DNA of 64,000 nucleotides from an uncultured Phocaeicola sp. (GTDB taxonomy: Bacteria; Bacteroidota; Bacteroidia; Bacteroidales; Bacteroidaceae), in contig CALUET010000019.1 in NCBI GenBank assembly GCA_944319745.1, forward strand, positions 1,064 through 65,063, in the 5' to 3' direction. The notes beneath the pieces are model-generated. The model did not search any database, was not told where the DNA came from, and saw only the letters and a list, made by a program, of their open reading frames with translations. How positions within the stretch are numbered: position 1 is the stretch's first letter; each line of letters begins with the position of its first letter. The translations under genes and the position numbers were made by a program. Of this stretch, positions 10,049 to 20,907 are shown piece by piece.

Positions 10049-11017
10049 TTAAAAAGCAGAAGGTTTCAGTCTGAGTCCTACTGTTTCTTCAAGGTTAAAC
10101 ATTAAATTCATATTGTGTACGGCTTGTCCGCTTGCTCCTTTCAGTAAATTATCTATGCATGATACGATGAGCAGCTTGTTGCCGTGCTTCTCTAAATGCA
10201 ACAAACATTTGTTTGTATTGACAACTTGTTTCAGGTCGATGCTGTTCTCTACGATGTGTACAAAAGAGTCTTTCGCATAATAGTCCTCGTAGATTTTGAC
10301 GATTTCCGACAGCTCCACTTTCGTTTTTACCACGATTGTTGCAAAAATGCCTCGGGCGAAGTCTCCTCGGTACGGGATGAAATCGATTTCCGACTCGAAA
10401 CTGTTCTGAAGTTGTTTCAGCGATTGTTTGATTTCCGGCACATGTTGATGTGCAAAGGGCTTGTAAATGCTGATATTGTTATTCCTCCAACTGAAATGTG
10501 TGCTTGCACCTGGTTTTACTCCCGCGCCGGTACTTCCCGTAATCGCGTTGACAGTGATGTCGTCGTTTAGCATCAAATGTTTTGCCAGCGGCAGTAATCC
10601 CAGTTGGATGCACGTGGCGAAACATCCCGGATTGGCTATATGTTTGCTGTGGCAGATGGTACGTCTGTTTAATTCCGGCAGGCCGTATACGAAATCATGA
10701 TTCTCGCTTTTTATGCGGTAGTCCATGGAAAGGTCTACAATCTTCAGGTCTTCCGGTACGGAATGACTCTCTAAGAACTTTTTCGTATCGCCATGAGCCG
10801 TGCAGAAGAAAAGTACGTCTATCGTGTCAAGTGGAAGCGAGTCGGTAAAAACCAAATCGGTTTCTCCATATAACCCCTCGTGTACATCCGTAATTTTATT
10901 GCCCGCATTGCTGGTACTGTTTACGAATTTAATTTCTACTTCCGGGTGGTTTATGAGTAAACGAAGCAATTCTCCGGCCGTATATCCTGCACCTCCTATG
11001 ATTCCTGCTTTTATCAT
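10049..11017 (-). CDS. argC: N-acetyl-gamma-glutamyl-phosphate reductase
   Basis: GGAGYTAGEL, YGLPE, IANPGCFAT, IDNLLKGASGQA. Confidence 0.95.
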   Translation of the reverse strand: MIKAGIIGGAGYTAGELLRLLINHPEVEIKFVNSTSNAGNKITDVHEGLYGETDLVFTDSLPLDTIDVLFFCTAHGDTKKFLESHSVPEDLKIVDLSMDYRIKSENHDFVYGLPELNRRTICHSKHIANPGCFATCIQLGLLPLAKHLMLNDDITVNAITGSTGAGVKPGASTHFSWRNNNISIYKPFAHQHVPEIKQSLKQLQNSFESEIDFIPYRGDFARGIFATIVVKTKVELSEIVKIYEDYYAKDSFVHIVENSIDLKQVVNTNKCLLHLEKHGNKLLIVSCIDNLLKGASGQAVHNMNLMFNLEETVGLRLKPSAF

Positions 11018-12222
11018 ATATTTTCTTCGTCTTTATGGTTTGCATAATAAGCGCGCAGCGGTGTGGAGAGAACTTTTATGAAACCTTTTGCATCTTCGGC
11101 GGTCCATCCTTTCTGCATCTCGCCGTATTCGCCGAACTTATTCTTTACGAGGTCGTCTTTTGAGTCAACTCCTACGGTAGAGAACGAGTAAGGGCGAAGT
11201 TCAAGAATCGCTGTTCCGTTTACGTTGCGCTGAGATTTCTCTAACATGGCTTCGATGTCTCGCATAACCGGTTCCAGGTATTGGCTCTCGTGAAGGAACA
11301 TTCCGTACCAATTGGCGACTTGATCTTTCCAATATTGTTGCCACTTGCTTAAAGTATATTTCTCCAAAAATTTATGAGCTCCTATTATTAGCATCGGAGC
11401 GGCGGCTTCAAATCCTACACGTCCTTTGATGCCTATGATGGTATCTCCCACGTGCATGTCACGTCCGATGCCGTATGCTGATCCGATTTCCTCGACTTTT
11501 TGTATGGCTTTTATTTTGTCTTCGAAAATTTCTCCGTTTACGGCGTGCAGTTCGCCCTTTTGAAATTCCAGTTTCAATTGCTCGCTTCCTGATTTTTTTA
11601 CTTGTTTCAGGTAAGCGCTTTCGGGCAATCCTTGTGTGGAATCCAGTATCTCTCCACCACAGATTGAGGTTCCCCATATACCTACGTTGTAGGAATATTT
11701 CAATTTGGTGAAGTCGGCTTCGAAACCATGTTCTTTTAAATAGTTTATTTCATAGTCGCGGCTTAAAGCCATGTCACGCGTCAGTGTGATAATCTCCACG
11801 TTCGGCACCATGACAAGAAACGTCATGTCGAAACGAACCTGGTCATTTCCGGCTCCTGTTGAGCCGTGAGCGATAGCATGCGCGCCGATCTCATTTGCAT
11901 AACGGGCTATTGCCAGAGCCTGGAAGATGCGTTCCGAACTTACGGAAATGGGGTAAGTACCGTTACGCAAAACGTTCCCAAAGACCATATATTTCAAGCT
12001 TTTTTCATAATATTCATGCGTTACGTCTAAAGTTACGTATTTTACGGCTCCGAGTTTGTAGGCGTTTTGTTCGTTTTGTTTCAGTTGTTCCGGGCTAAAA
12101 CCTCCGGTATTGGCGCAAGCTGCATAAACTTCATAACCTTTTTCTTTGGTCAAATACATAACGGTAAACGATGTATCTAACCCGCCGCTGAAAGCAACGA
12201 CCACTTTTTTCTTTTCTTCCAT
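11014..12222 (-). CDS. argG: Argininosuccinate synthase
   Basis: VVAFSGGLDTS, AHGSTGAGNDQVRF. Confidence 0.95.
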   Translation of the reverse strand: MEEKKKVVVAFSGGLDTSFTVMYLTKEKGYEVYAACANTGGFSPEQLKQNEQNAYKLGAVKYVTLDVTHEYYEKSLKYMVFGNVLRNGTYPISVSSERIFQALAIARYANEIGAHAIAHGSTGAGNDQVRFDMTFLVMVPNVEIITLTRDMALSRDYEINYLKEHGFEADFTKLKYSYNVGIWGTSICGGEILDSTQGLPESAYLKQVKKSGSEQLKLEFQKGELHAVNGEIFEDKIKAIQKVEEIGSAYGIGRDMHVGDTIIGIKGRVGFEAAAPMLIIGAHKFLEKYTLSKWQQYWKDQVANWYGMFLHESQYLEPVMRDIEAMLEKSQRNVNGTAILELRPYSFSTVGVDSKDDLVKNKFGEYGEMQKGWTAEDAKGFIKVLSTPLRAYYANHKDEENI

Positions 12223-12249
12223 AATAAAATATCTTTAAAAGTTATGTAA

Positions 12250-12816
12250 TCAGAAGTTGGTAATTTTGTCATCCATGTGCAGGGCCGGATCATAAAGCAT
12301 GGCAGTGCAGATGCAGAATTTGCGTTTTTTCGCCATCAGAATTTCGTGATTAATGCATCCTTCACAGCCTTTCCAGAACGATTCATCGTCGGTTAGTTCA
12401 TTGAATGTGACGGGAACATATCCCAGTTCCGTATTCATTTTCATGACAGCGGCTCCTGAAGTGAGACTGAAGATCTTGGCTTTCGGCCATCGGAGACGTG
12501 CCAATGTGAAAGATGCGTGCTTGATTCTTTTGGCCAAGCCGAGGCCACGGTATTTAGGATGGACAATCAAACCGGAAGTTGCAACGTATTGTTTGTTTCC
12601 CCATGATTCGATGTATGTAAATCCTGCGAAATCGTTTCCGCACAAAGCTATAATTGCTTTTCCTTCTTTCATCTTTGTTGCCACGTATTCATGCGTACGT
12701 TCTGCAATACCCGTGCCGCGAACTTTTGCAGCTTCCCGTATGGTATCAAGAATGGTGTCTACATATACCTCGTGTGAGGCGTCGGCTACCATGACATCGA
12801 TTTGTTTATTATCCAT
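12250..12816 (-). CDS. GNAT N-acetyltransferase (Bacteroidetes-type N-acetylglutamate synthase candidate)
   Basis: GNAT motif A IVHPKYRGLGLA, FWKGCEGC; position between argR and argG. Confidence 0.75.
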   Translation of the reverse strand: MDNKQIDVMVADASHEVYVDTILDTIREAAKVRGTGIAERTHEYVATKMKEGKAIIALCGNDFAGFTYIESWGNKQYVATSGLIVHPKYRGLGLAKRIKHASFTLARLRWPKAKIFSLTSGAAVMKMNTELGYVPVTFNELTDDESFWKGCEGCINHEILMAKKRKFCICTAMLYDPALHMDDKITNF

Positions 12817-12834
12817 AGTTCTTTCGTTTCTATT

Positions 12835-13317
12835 TTATAATTGGTTTATGTTCGGTATAATATGAGACAGGGATTTTTTCAGACTTTCCCGAGAACATCC
12901 TTCCCGCATGATTAGCATGATTGTATCATCTCCTGCAATAGTTCCTATGATTTCCAGGAAGAGATTGTTGTCTATGTCGTAGGCTAAACTGCTGGCATAT
13001 CCGGGTTTTGTTTTTATAACGGCGATGTTTCCGGAGAAATCGATCGATATAAATCCGTTGTGACGTAGCATTTCTGTTGCGGAATGGGCGTCTGTTACCC
13101 GTTTATACATGGTGTTGTTTGGCAAAACATAGATGTAGTTTCCGCTCATGCCGGCGGCTTTTGCAACTTTCAGTTGTTTTAAGTCGCGGGAAAGTGTGGC
13201 TTGCGTTACTTGGAAGCCTTCCTCGGAAAGAGCTTGCAATAACTCTCCTTGGTTACTTATTTCCCGGCTCGATATGATAATCTTTATAGCATCCAGTCGA
13301 TTTTTCTTTGTACTCAT
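12835..13317 (-). CDS. argR: Arginine repressor
   Basis: VTQATLSRDL, GTIAGDDT motifs. Confidence 0.95.
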   Translation of the reverse strand: MSTKKNRLDAIKIIISSREISNQGELLQALSEEGFQVTQATLSRDLKQLKVAKAAGMSGNYIYVLPNNTMYKRVTDAHSATEMLRHNGFISIDFSGNIAVIKTKPGYASSLAYDIDNNLFLEIIGTIAGDDTIMLIMREGCSRESLKKSLSHIIPNINQL

Positions 13318-13342
13318 CTGTATAAATATTCCTTGTTGGCTG

Positions 13343-13390
13343 CAAAATTACAGAATATTTTGAAATAATATACGAATATTCTGAATATTT
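13343..13390 (-). promoter_or_regulatory. arg operon promoter (TAATTTTG on minus strand) with adjacent AT-rich inverted repeat CAGAATATT..AATATTCTG (candidate ArgR site)
   Basis: -7 element at 13343-13350; inverted repeat 13351-13383. ArgR assignment is inference from position. Confidence 0.45.
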
Positions 13391-13453
13391 TTTCGAGGAA
13401 TATTAAAAAATATAAAAGGATGAATGGGTGAAAACTTGGAGGAGTTTTATCGG

Positions 13454-14236
13454 TTACACGATATTGAAATGCTGCAAGGCTCGTAGAATTCCGTCATCAT
13501 CTACCGGTGACGTGACGTAATCGGCGGCTTCTTGTACGGCAGGGGCTGCGTTTCCCATCGCAATTCCGGTACCTACGTGTTTTAACATAGGGATATCGTT
13601 GCCTCCATCGCCGAAGGCCATTGTGTCTTTCAACGGGATGTTGTAGTGATTTAATACGCGGTCGATGCCTAAACTTTTGTTGGTTCCTTCGGCAATAATG
13701 TCGGTAAACAGCGGGAACCACCGCATGGGAGTGCAATATTTAAGTACGGGGCCAAAGATATTCTTGTCGTATTTTTCATCGAAATACCCCATGATTTGTA
13801 AAACTTCTTTGCCTCTTGCGCATTCGGCCGGAAGAATGGCCGGGGGATTGATTTCGATCATTCTTGCAACCTCTTCGACGGACGGAGTAATACTTGTAAT
13901 AAACCACGTATCATCGTGCACGAATACGAACGCATGTTCGGGGTGCTTTTCGATGTAGGCTATCAGTCGGTTTACATCTTCTTGCGGAATACATTTTTTA
14001 TATATGTCCCGGTGATCGGCGGTAAAACAATGCGAACCGTTGAGGGTGATGTATCCGTCGAACGGGATGTAGCCGACGGCATCTTCCATTAAATGCTTCG
14101 GCCTTCCGGTTGCAATGAAAACTTTTATGCCCTTTTTCCGCAAAGACTCGATTGCCGTAAGGGTAGATTGTGGGATGGTATGGGTATTAAAGGAAACGAG
14201 CGTTCCGTCGATGTCGAAAAAAACAGCTTTTATCAT
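13454..14236 (-). CDS. Cof-type HAD-IIB hydrolase
   Basis: FFDIDGTL, IATGR, AFGDGGNDIPML. Start set at MIKAVFF (14236). Confidence 0.9.
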   Translation of the reverse strand: MIKAVFFDIDGTLVSFNTHTIPQSTLTAIESLRKKGIKVFIATGRPKHLMEDAVGYIPFDGYITLNGSHCFTADHRDIYKKCIPQEDVNRLIAYIEKHPEHAFVFVHDDTWFITSITPSVEEVARMIEINPPAILPAECARGKEVLQIMGYFDEKYDKNIFGPVLKYCTPMRWFPLFTDIIAEGTNKSLGIDRVLNHYNIPLKDTMAFGDGGNDIPMLKHVGTGIAMGNAAPAVQEAADYVTSPVDDDGILRALQHFNIV

Positions 14237-14409
14237 GAATTGAGGTCTCTGATTTTGTGACAAAGTTAACCAAATCTTTTTGATAAAACATCGGGTAATT
14301 TTCAGAAAAAAGTTGCAGTGCTTTGGAAAGACTTCTTGTAGTTTTTTCAGATTTTTAGTTCTGTTTTTCAATTTTCTTCGTATTTTTGAGCGAACAAAAA
14401 AGAGAATTT

Positions 14410-14967
14410 ATGGATGAACAGATCAAACAAATAGGAGAGCGGGTGCGCGGACTGCGTGATGCTTTAGACCTTAGTCTGGAAGAAATGGCGGAAGCATGTC
14501 GTTTAAGTGTGGAAGAATACCGGATGGTGGAAGCCGGCGAGAGTGATATTTCTGTTAGTATGTTGTCTCGGATTGCCGTACGGTTTGATATACCTCTTGA
14601 CGTGCTGATGTTCGGAGAAGAGCCTAAAATGAGTGCATATTTTCTGACGCGTAAAGGAACCGGCATCTCTGTTGAAAGAACAAAAGCTTATAAATACGAA
14701 TCGTTGGCCTCGGGGTTTCGCCACCGGAAAGCCGATCCGTTTATTGTAACGGTAGAGCCTAAACCGGAAGGCACGCCGATGTATTACAATACGCACGGCG
14801 GGCAAGAGTTTAATTTGGTGATAGAAGGGCGGCTGTTGCTGAGCATAAACGGAAAGGAGTTGGAGTTGAATCCGGGCGACAGCCTTTATTTCGATTCGTC
14901 TCTGCCGCACGGGATGAAGGCACTTGACGGGAAAACTGTGAAATTTTTAGCTATTATCATGCAATAA
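14410..14967 (+). CDS. XRE-family HTH + cupin transcriptional regulator
   Basis: N-terminal IGERVRGLR HTH, C-terminal HGGQEF..LNPGDSLYFDS..PHG cupin. Confidence 0.88.
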   Translation: MDEQIKQIGERVRGLRDALDLSLEEMAEACRLSVEEYRMVEAGESDISVSMLSRIAVRFDIPLDVLMFGEEPKMSAYFLTRKGTGISVERTKAYKYESLASGFRHRKADPFIVTVEPKPEGTPMYYNTHGGQEFNLVIEGRLLLSINGKELELNPGDSLYFDSSLPHGMKALDGKTVKFLAIIMQ

Positions 14968-14989
14968 ATAAGGGTAACCATAAAAATAT

Positions 14990-16645
14990 ATGTTAGAAAG
15001 ATTTTTGGAGCAAACGAAGTTTTCCTCTCAAGAGGACTTCATAAAACATTTTAAAGTTAAAGTCCCACAGAATTTTAATTTCGGTTATGATGTAATAGAC
15101 GCGTGGGCAAACGAACGACCGAATAAGAATGCTTTGCTTTGGACAAACGATAAAAACGAGCATATACAGTTTACTTATGCCGATTTGAAGCGCGAAACTG
15201 ATCGCACAGCCGCCTATTTTCAAACATTAGGAATAGGGCATGGCGATAAAGTGATGCTGATCCTTAAACGTCGGTATGAGTTTTGGTTTTCCATAATTGC
15301 CTTGCATAAATTGGGGGCCGTTGCGATACCTGCCACACATCTCTTAACCAAAAAAGATATTGTTTACCGTTGTAATGCTGCCGGGATCAAAATGATTGTG
15401 GCAGCCGGCGAGGATGTTATTTTGAAACATATTTCCGATGCAATGCCGGAATCGCCCACAGTGGAGCAACTAATCAGCGTGGGGCCTGAATATCGAGAGG
15501 GATTTCTTGACTTTCACAAAGGACTGGATGAGGCTCCGGCCTTCGTAAAACCGGAAAAACCTAACACCAACGACGATATCTCGTTGATGTATTTTACCTC
15601 GGGAACGACGGGAGAACCTAAAATGGTGGCTCATGATTTTACTTATCCGTTGGGGCATATCGTGACCGGATGCTTTTGGCATAATCTGCACGAGGACAGC
15701 CTTCATTTCACCATTGCCGATACAGGATGGGGAAAAGCCGTATGGGGTAAGTTGTACGGGCAGATGATTGCCGGTGCGAACGTGTTCGTTTATGATCATG
15801 AAAAGTTTACTCCGGCAGATATTCTTCAGAAAATACAGGATTATCACATCACGTCTTTGTGTGCGCCTCCCACGATTTACCGTTTTCTGATTCGGGAGGA
15901 CATCTCGAAATACGATTTGTCTTCTCTGGAATATTGCACTACGGCGGGAGAAGCATTGAATCATTCTGTTTACGACACTTTCAAAAAGATTACCGGAATT
16001 CGCCTGATGGAGGGATTCGGACAGACGGAAACTGCTCTTACGCTGGCTACTTTCCCTTGGATGGAACCCAAGCCGGGAAGTATGGGAGTGCCTAATCCGC
16101 AATATGATATCGATTTGTTGAAACCGGACGGACGCCCGGCGGAAGATGGAGAACAGGGACAAATCGTGGTAAGGACGAAGAACGGCAAGCCACTCGGCCT
16201 GTTTAAGGAGTATTATCGTGATCCTGTTTTGACGCATGAGGCCTGGCACGATGATATATATTATACGGGAGATGTGGCATGGCGTGACGAAGATGGTTAT
16301 TATTGGTTTGTAGGTCGTGCGGATGACGTGATAAAGAGTTCCGGATATCGTATCGGTCCCTTCGAGGTAGAAAGCGCATTGATGACGCATCCGGCGGTGG
16401 TAGAGTGTGCCATAACCGGAGCTCCCGATGAAATACGCGGTCAGGTAGTGAAAGCAACAATTGTTTTGGCGAAAGATTATAAAGCGCGTGCCGGGGAAGA
16501 ACTTATCAAAGAATTGCAGAATCATGTGAAGCAAGTTACCGCACCTTACAAGTATCCTCGTGTAATTGAATTCGTTGATGAATTGCCAAAGACCATAAGC
16601 GGAAAGATCCGTCGTGTGGAAATTCGTGAAAAAGACAACAAATAA
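14990..16645 (+). CDS. AMP-binding acyl/acetyl-CoA synthetase
   Basis: YFTSGTTGEPK, EGFGQTET, YYTGD, GRADDVIKSSGYRIGP, PKTISGKIRR. Confidence 0.9.
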   Translation: MLERFLEQTKFSSQEDFIKHFKVKVPQNFNFGYDVIDAWANERPNKNALLWTNDKNEHIQFTYADLKRETDRTAAYFQTLGIGHGDKVMLILKRRYEFWFSIIALHKLGAVAIPATHLLTKKDIVYRCNAAGIKMIVAAGEDVILKHISDAMPESPTVEQLISVGPEYREGFLDFHKGLDEAPAFVKPEKPNTNDDISLMYFTSGTTGEPKMVAHDFTYPLGHIVTGCFWHNLHEDSLHFTIADTGWGKAVWGKLYGQMIAGANVFVYDHEKFTPADILQKIQDYHITSLCAPPTIYRFLIREDISKYDLSSLEYCTTAGEALNHSVYDTFKKITGIRLMEGFGQTETALTLATFPWMEPKPGSMGVPNPQYDIDLLKPDGRPAEDGEQGQIVVRTKNGKPLGLFKEYYRDPVLTHEAWHDDIYYTGDVAWRDEDGYYWFVGRADDVIKSSGYRIGPFEVESALMTHPAVVECAITGAPDEIRGQVVKATIVLAKDYKARAGEELIKELQNHVKQVTAPYKYPRVIEFVDELPKTISGKIRRVEIREKDNK

Positions 16646-16655
16646 TTAATCAGAA

Positions 16656-16693
16656 AGCGGAAGGGTATAAATGAAAACCCTTCCGCTTCTTTT
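16656..16693. terminator. Terminator hairpin between convergent acyl-CoA synthetase and GH109 genes
   Basis: AGCGGAAGGGT..ACCCTTCCGCT 11-bp stem followed by TCTTTT. Confidence 0.75.
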
Positions 16694-16780
16694 CCCTTTT
16701 ATCGGGCTCTTTTTACGTGAGAAACCCGGAGTTTTTTGCAGGGTAATGCTTTCCGATGATTGCAATGCCCTGTTCTTTTT

Positions 16781-18328
16781 TCAATTTTTTTCTTCAGCCC
16801 ATTCTTTTGCGCCGATTTCCTTCAATCGGGCTGTTGCTTTCTGGGCCGCTTCCATCGCTGCCTTTTCATCTGCTTCGTCGGCAAAAGCATGGCGGAAGCC
16901 CTTCACTTTGTTCCAGTTTCCTCGGGTGAAATCGGGAAATGCCACGGCAGCACAACCGTTGTCCATCGACAATGCCCCTAATTCGGTCAGCGAGCACCAT
17001 TCGGCCAGATCGTAAACATCAATGTCGAGCGGCAGCCCGTTTTGCAGGCAATAAACCAGTCGGCAGTCCATGATAAAGTCCATTCCTCCGTGTCCTCCCA
17101 CTTCTTTTGCCATTTCTCCGTATTTCTTTAAGATGGGATGACGATACTTTTCAACCAAAGCGTTGGCTTCGGCTTGCGGAAGAAAAGAATGTGTGCTGAG
17201 GTTGTCCACGGTGGGTTGTATGCCCGAAGCCTTTATTTGTTCGGAGCTGACGGCATATCCTTCCACAGGATATTTGTTGGCGAAGCCTTTTGTTCCTGTC
17301 AACTGATATAAACGATTGTAAGGTTGCGGGTTCATTACGTCGTGTTGTATTTCTATCACTTTCCCTTTTGCCGTGCGGATAAGCGTAGTGGTGTGGTCAC
17401 CGTTGCGGAAGTTTTCGCACGGTTCTCCCGTGGCTTGCTCCACAAGTTCCCGTCCGTGGACCGATTTTGTGTCCATGGCCACCAGTGTAACCATGCGGTC
17501 TCCGCGGTGAATATCGAGGGCTTGTGCCACAGGACCCAGTCCGTGTGTGGCATATAAATCGCCCCGGTTGTCTTTATTATAGCGTAATCGCCAGCCAAGC
17601 TTGTCGTCTTTTCCGTCTTTCCAATAGTATTCCCAGAAGTCATCAAGGTTATGAATATAAGCTCCCTGGGCGCGGATGATTTCACCGAATACGCCGTTTT
17701 GTGCCATGTTTAGCGTATTCATTTCAAACCAGTCGTAACAACAGTTCTCAAGCATCATGCAATGTTTGCGGGTTTGCTCGCTTAAATTAATCAGTTCCCA
17801 GCATTGTTCCAGATTCATGGCCGAAGGAACTTCTATGGCCACGTGCTTCCCATGCTCCAAAGCACATTTTGCTACAGGAAAATGATGTATCCAGTCGGTT
17901 GCAATGTACACCAGGTCTATGTCTTTTCGCTTGCATAATTTTTCGTAACCTTTCTCTCCGTAGTAAATTTCAGCCTTGGGAAGACTGGCATTTTTCAGGT
18001 ACTTCTGGCAGGCTTCCGCCCGTTCTTTCTCATGGTCGCATAGGGCGACGATCTGTACGCCGGGGATGTATGTAAAACGTTCTACGGCTCCCGGCCCGCG
18101 CATACCGAGGCCTACAAATCCTACCCTTACGACTTCCAGTTTGGGAGCTGTAAGTCCGATGGCATCTTTTTGTCCGGCGGGACGCTCGGGGGTGTCGATG
18201 ACGATTGTTCCTTTTTCCCAATGCCATTTGGTTGATTCGGATTGAGATTGTGCATGGATCGTGACAGTTCCGCATAATGCACTAAGTGTCAGCATGGTCG
18301 CGATGAACCATTTGTTGGAATTTTTCAT
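16781..18328 (-). CDS. Gfo/Idh/MocA family GH109 (alpha-N-acetylgalactosaminidase-like), secreted
   Basis: Signal peptide, GFVGLGMRG Rossmann motif, MMLENCCY, YATHGLGP, GGHGGMDF. Confidence 0.85.
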   Translation of the reverse strand: MKNSNKWFIATMLTLSALCGTVTIHAQSQSESTKWHWEKGTIVIDTPERPAGQKDAIGLTAPKLEVVRVGFVGLGMRGPGAVERFTYIPGVQIVALCDHEKERAEACQKYLKNASLPKAEIYYGEKGYEKLCKRKDIDLVYIATDWIHHFPVAKCALEHGKHVAIEVPSAMNLEQCWELINLSEQTRKHCMMLENCCYDWFEMNTLNMAQNGVFGEIIRAQGAYIHNLDDFWEYYWKDGKDDKLGWRLRYNKDNRGDLYATHGLGPVAQALDIHRGDRMVTLVAMDTKSVHGRELVEQATGEPCENFRNGDHTTTLIRTAKGKVIEIQHDVMNPQPYNRLYQLTGTKGFANKYPVEGYAVSSEQIKASGIQPTVDNLSTHSFLPQAEANALVEKYRHPILKKYGEMAKEVGGHGGMDFIMDCRLVYCLQNGLPLDIDVYDLAEWCSLTELGALSMDNGCAAVAFPDFTRGNWNKVKGFRHAFADEADEKAAMEAAQKATARLKEIGAKEWAEEKN

Positions 18329-18672
18329 GTGCAATAAATTTTATGATTAGTAAAGCGAAGATAAATATAAATTTCTATTAAAGCAAACACGCTTTGTTGT
18401 GCATGACTTGTTTCCCGCTCTGTAGAAAGATGAAGGGACGTTCCGTGTAAAAGAATGGGACATTTTCCCGGTTTTATTGAGGCTGTTGAGGTAGAACATT
18501 GAGGGAATTTTGGGAAAAGCTTCCGGGTTTGTGGCAGGGAAATTTCGCGTTTGTGGAAAAACTTAAAAATGCTTTTTTGCCCTGACCGTTTGTTTATTGA
18601 GAGATTAAATATTATTTTTGCAACCTCTTTGTGTGAGAGCGGAATAAATAATTATTTAAATATAGATAGGAA

Positions 18673-20019
18673 ATGAATATTTCATTGCAAAACATTGACA
18701 AAGTCAATGCAGTACTTACTGTTCAGATTGAAAAAACAGATTATCAGGAGAAGGTGGACAAGGCATTGAAGAATCTTCGAAAAAAGGTTAATATGCCGGG
18801 ATTCCGTAAGGGAATGGTTCCTGTAAGCCTGTTGAAGAAACAATTCGGAACTTCTGTTTTGATGGAAGAAATCGATAAATTGATGCAGGAAAAGGTCAGC
18901 GAATATATTCGCGATAACAAAGTTGATATTTTAGGTGCGCCACTGCCGAAAGAAAACACGGTGAACTTTGAAACAGACGAAAACTTCGAATTTTCATTTG
19001 ATATCGCTTTGGCACCGGAATTTAAGGTAGAATTGTCGGCTAATGATACGATAGATTATTATGATATCGACGTAACCGATGAGATGGTTGACCAGCAAGT
19101 GAAAATGTACGCGCAGCGTAATGCAAAATATGAGAAGGTAGAAGAGTATCAGGATAAGGATATGCTGAAAGGTTTGCTGGCAGAGTTGGACGAAAACGGC
19201 AATGCGAAAGAAGACGGAATCCGTGTGGAAGGTGCGGTAATGATGCCTTCTTACATGAAGAACGATGAGCAAAAAGCGATTTTCGATGCTGTAAAAGTAA
19301 ATACTGTTCTGACATTCAATCCGGCGGTTGCCTTCGATAATAATGAGGCAGAACTGGCATCTCTTTTGAAGATTAAGAAGGAAGATGTGGCAAATCATAA
19401 AGGTGATTTTACTTTCCAAGTGGAAGAAATTACACGGATGGTGCCCGGAGATTTGAATCAGGAATTATTTGATCAAGTGCTCGGAAAAGGAAAAGCAAAC
19501 AGCGAAGACGAATTCCGTGCACAGATTAAAGACGCTTTGAAAGTTCAATTTGCGGGAGACAGCGATTATAAATTCCTGATCGATGTACGCGATTATGTAA
19601 TGAATAAGATTGGAAAACTGGAATTCCCCGATGAATTGCTGAAACGAATCATGCTGGAAAACAATAAAGAGAAAGGCGAAGAATTCGTTGCGGAGAATTA
19701 CGAAAAGAGTTTGAAAGAGCTGACTTGGCATTTGATTAAGGAAAAACTGGTCGCTGCAAATAACATAAAGGTGGAGCAGGATGACATAACGAAGATGGCC
19801 AAGGATGCAACTCGTTCGCAGTTTGCACAATACGGAATGATAAATGTACCGGAAGATGTGCTGGAAAGCTATTCAAAAGAAATGTTGAAGAAGCGCGAAA
19901 CAGTAGAGTCTTTGGTAAACCGTTCGATAGAAGTAAAATTGTCGGAAGCCTTGAAAGGTCAAGTTACATTGAATCATAAAACAATCTCGGTAGAAGAATT
20001 CAACCAGATGTTTCAATAA
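18673..20019 (+). CDS. tig: Trigger factor
   Basis: PGFRKG ribosome-binding motif; precedes clpP-clpX. Confidence 0.92.
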   Translation: MNISLQNIDKVNAVLTVQIEKTDYQEKVDKALKNLRKKVNMPGFRKGMVPVSLLKKQFGTSVLMEEIDKLMQEKVSEYIRDNKVDILGAPLPKENTVNFETDENFEFSFDIALAPEFKVELSANDTIDYYDIDVTDEMVDQQVKMYAQRNAKYEKVEEYQDKDMLKGLLAELDENGNAKEDGIRVEGAVMMPSYMKNDEQKAIFDAVKVNTVLTFNPAVAFDNNEAELASLLKIKKEDVANHKGDFTFQVEEITRMVPGDLNQELFDQVLGKGKANSEDEFRAQIKDALKVQFAGDSDYKFLIDVRDYVMNKIGKLEFPDELLKRIMLENNKEKGEEFVAENYEKSLKELTWHLIKEKLVAANNIKVEQDDITKMAKDATRSQFAQYGMINVPEDVLESYSKEMLKKRETVESLVNRSIEVKLSEALKGQVTLNHKTISVEEFNQMFQ

Positions 20020-20176
20020 AGATTAGTGGGAAGATAGGGACGATTTGCTAAAACTTCCTAAAAAAAGAGGGACTTTTAACCGATAGTTTCCATATTCAAC
20101 AGAAGTGTTTGTATTTTTGTTTATGGAGAGATGGTTAAAGGTCTCTCTTACTATTCACAAAAAAAGAGAATAAAAT

Positions 20177-20851
20177 ATGATGGACGATTTTAAGAAATAT
20201 GCCACTAAACACTTGGGTATAAATAGTATGGTGCTTGATGATGTGATAAAAGTGCAGTCAAGTTATTTAAATCCTTACATTCTGGAAGAACGTCAGTTGA
20301 ATGTAACTCAGTTGGACGTTTTCTCTCGTTTGATGATGGATCGCATTATCTTTTTGGGAACTCAGATAGATGATTATACGGCCAATACGTTGCAGGCGCA
20401 ATTATTGTACTTGGATTCTGTCGACTCGGGGAAAGATATTTCTATTTATATTAATTCTCCGGGTGGATCTGTTTACGCGGGTTTGGGAATTTACGACACG
20501 ATGCAGTTTATAAATAGCGATGTCGCCACGATTTGTACCGGGATGGCTGCATCGATGGCCGCTGTTCTTTTGGTCGCAGGAAAAGAAGGAAAGCGCTCGG
20601 CTCTGACACACTCTCGTGTAATGATTCACCAGCCGATGGGTGGAGCACAGGGACAAGCTTCGGATATTGAGATTACGGCCCGTGAAATTCAGAAGTTGAA
20701 GAAAGAACTTTATACGATTATTGCAGACCATTCGCATACGGATTTTGATAAAGTGTGGGCAGATTCTGACCGTGATTATTGGATGACGGCTCAAGAAGCT
20801 AAAGATTATGGAATGATTGATGAGGTTCTTTCACGTAAAACAACGGAATAA
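20177..20851 (+). CDS. clpP: ATP-dependent Clp protease proteolytic subunit
   Basis: [27 protein letters not shown]. Confidence 0.96.
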   Translation: MMDDFKKYATKHLGINSMVLDDVIKVQSSYLNPYILEERQLNVTQLDVFSRLMMDRIIFLGTQIDDYTANTLQAQLLYLDSVDSGKDISIYINSPGGSVYAGLGIYDTMQFINSDVATICTGMAASMAAVLLVAGKEGKRSALTHSRVMIHQPMGGAQGQASDIEITAREIQKLKKELYTIIADHSHTDFDKVWADSDRDYWMTAQEAKDYGMIDEVLSRKTTE

Positions 20852-20907
20852 TCGTTTACATCTTTTGGCGAAAATTGATGAGAACAAAATAATAAAAAAT
20901 AAGAAAA

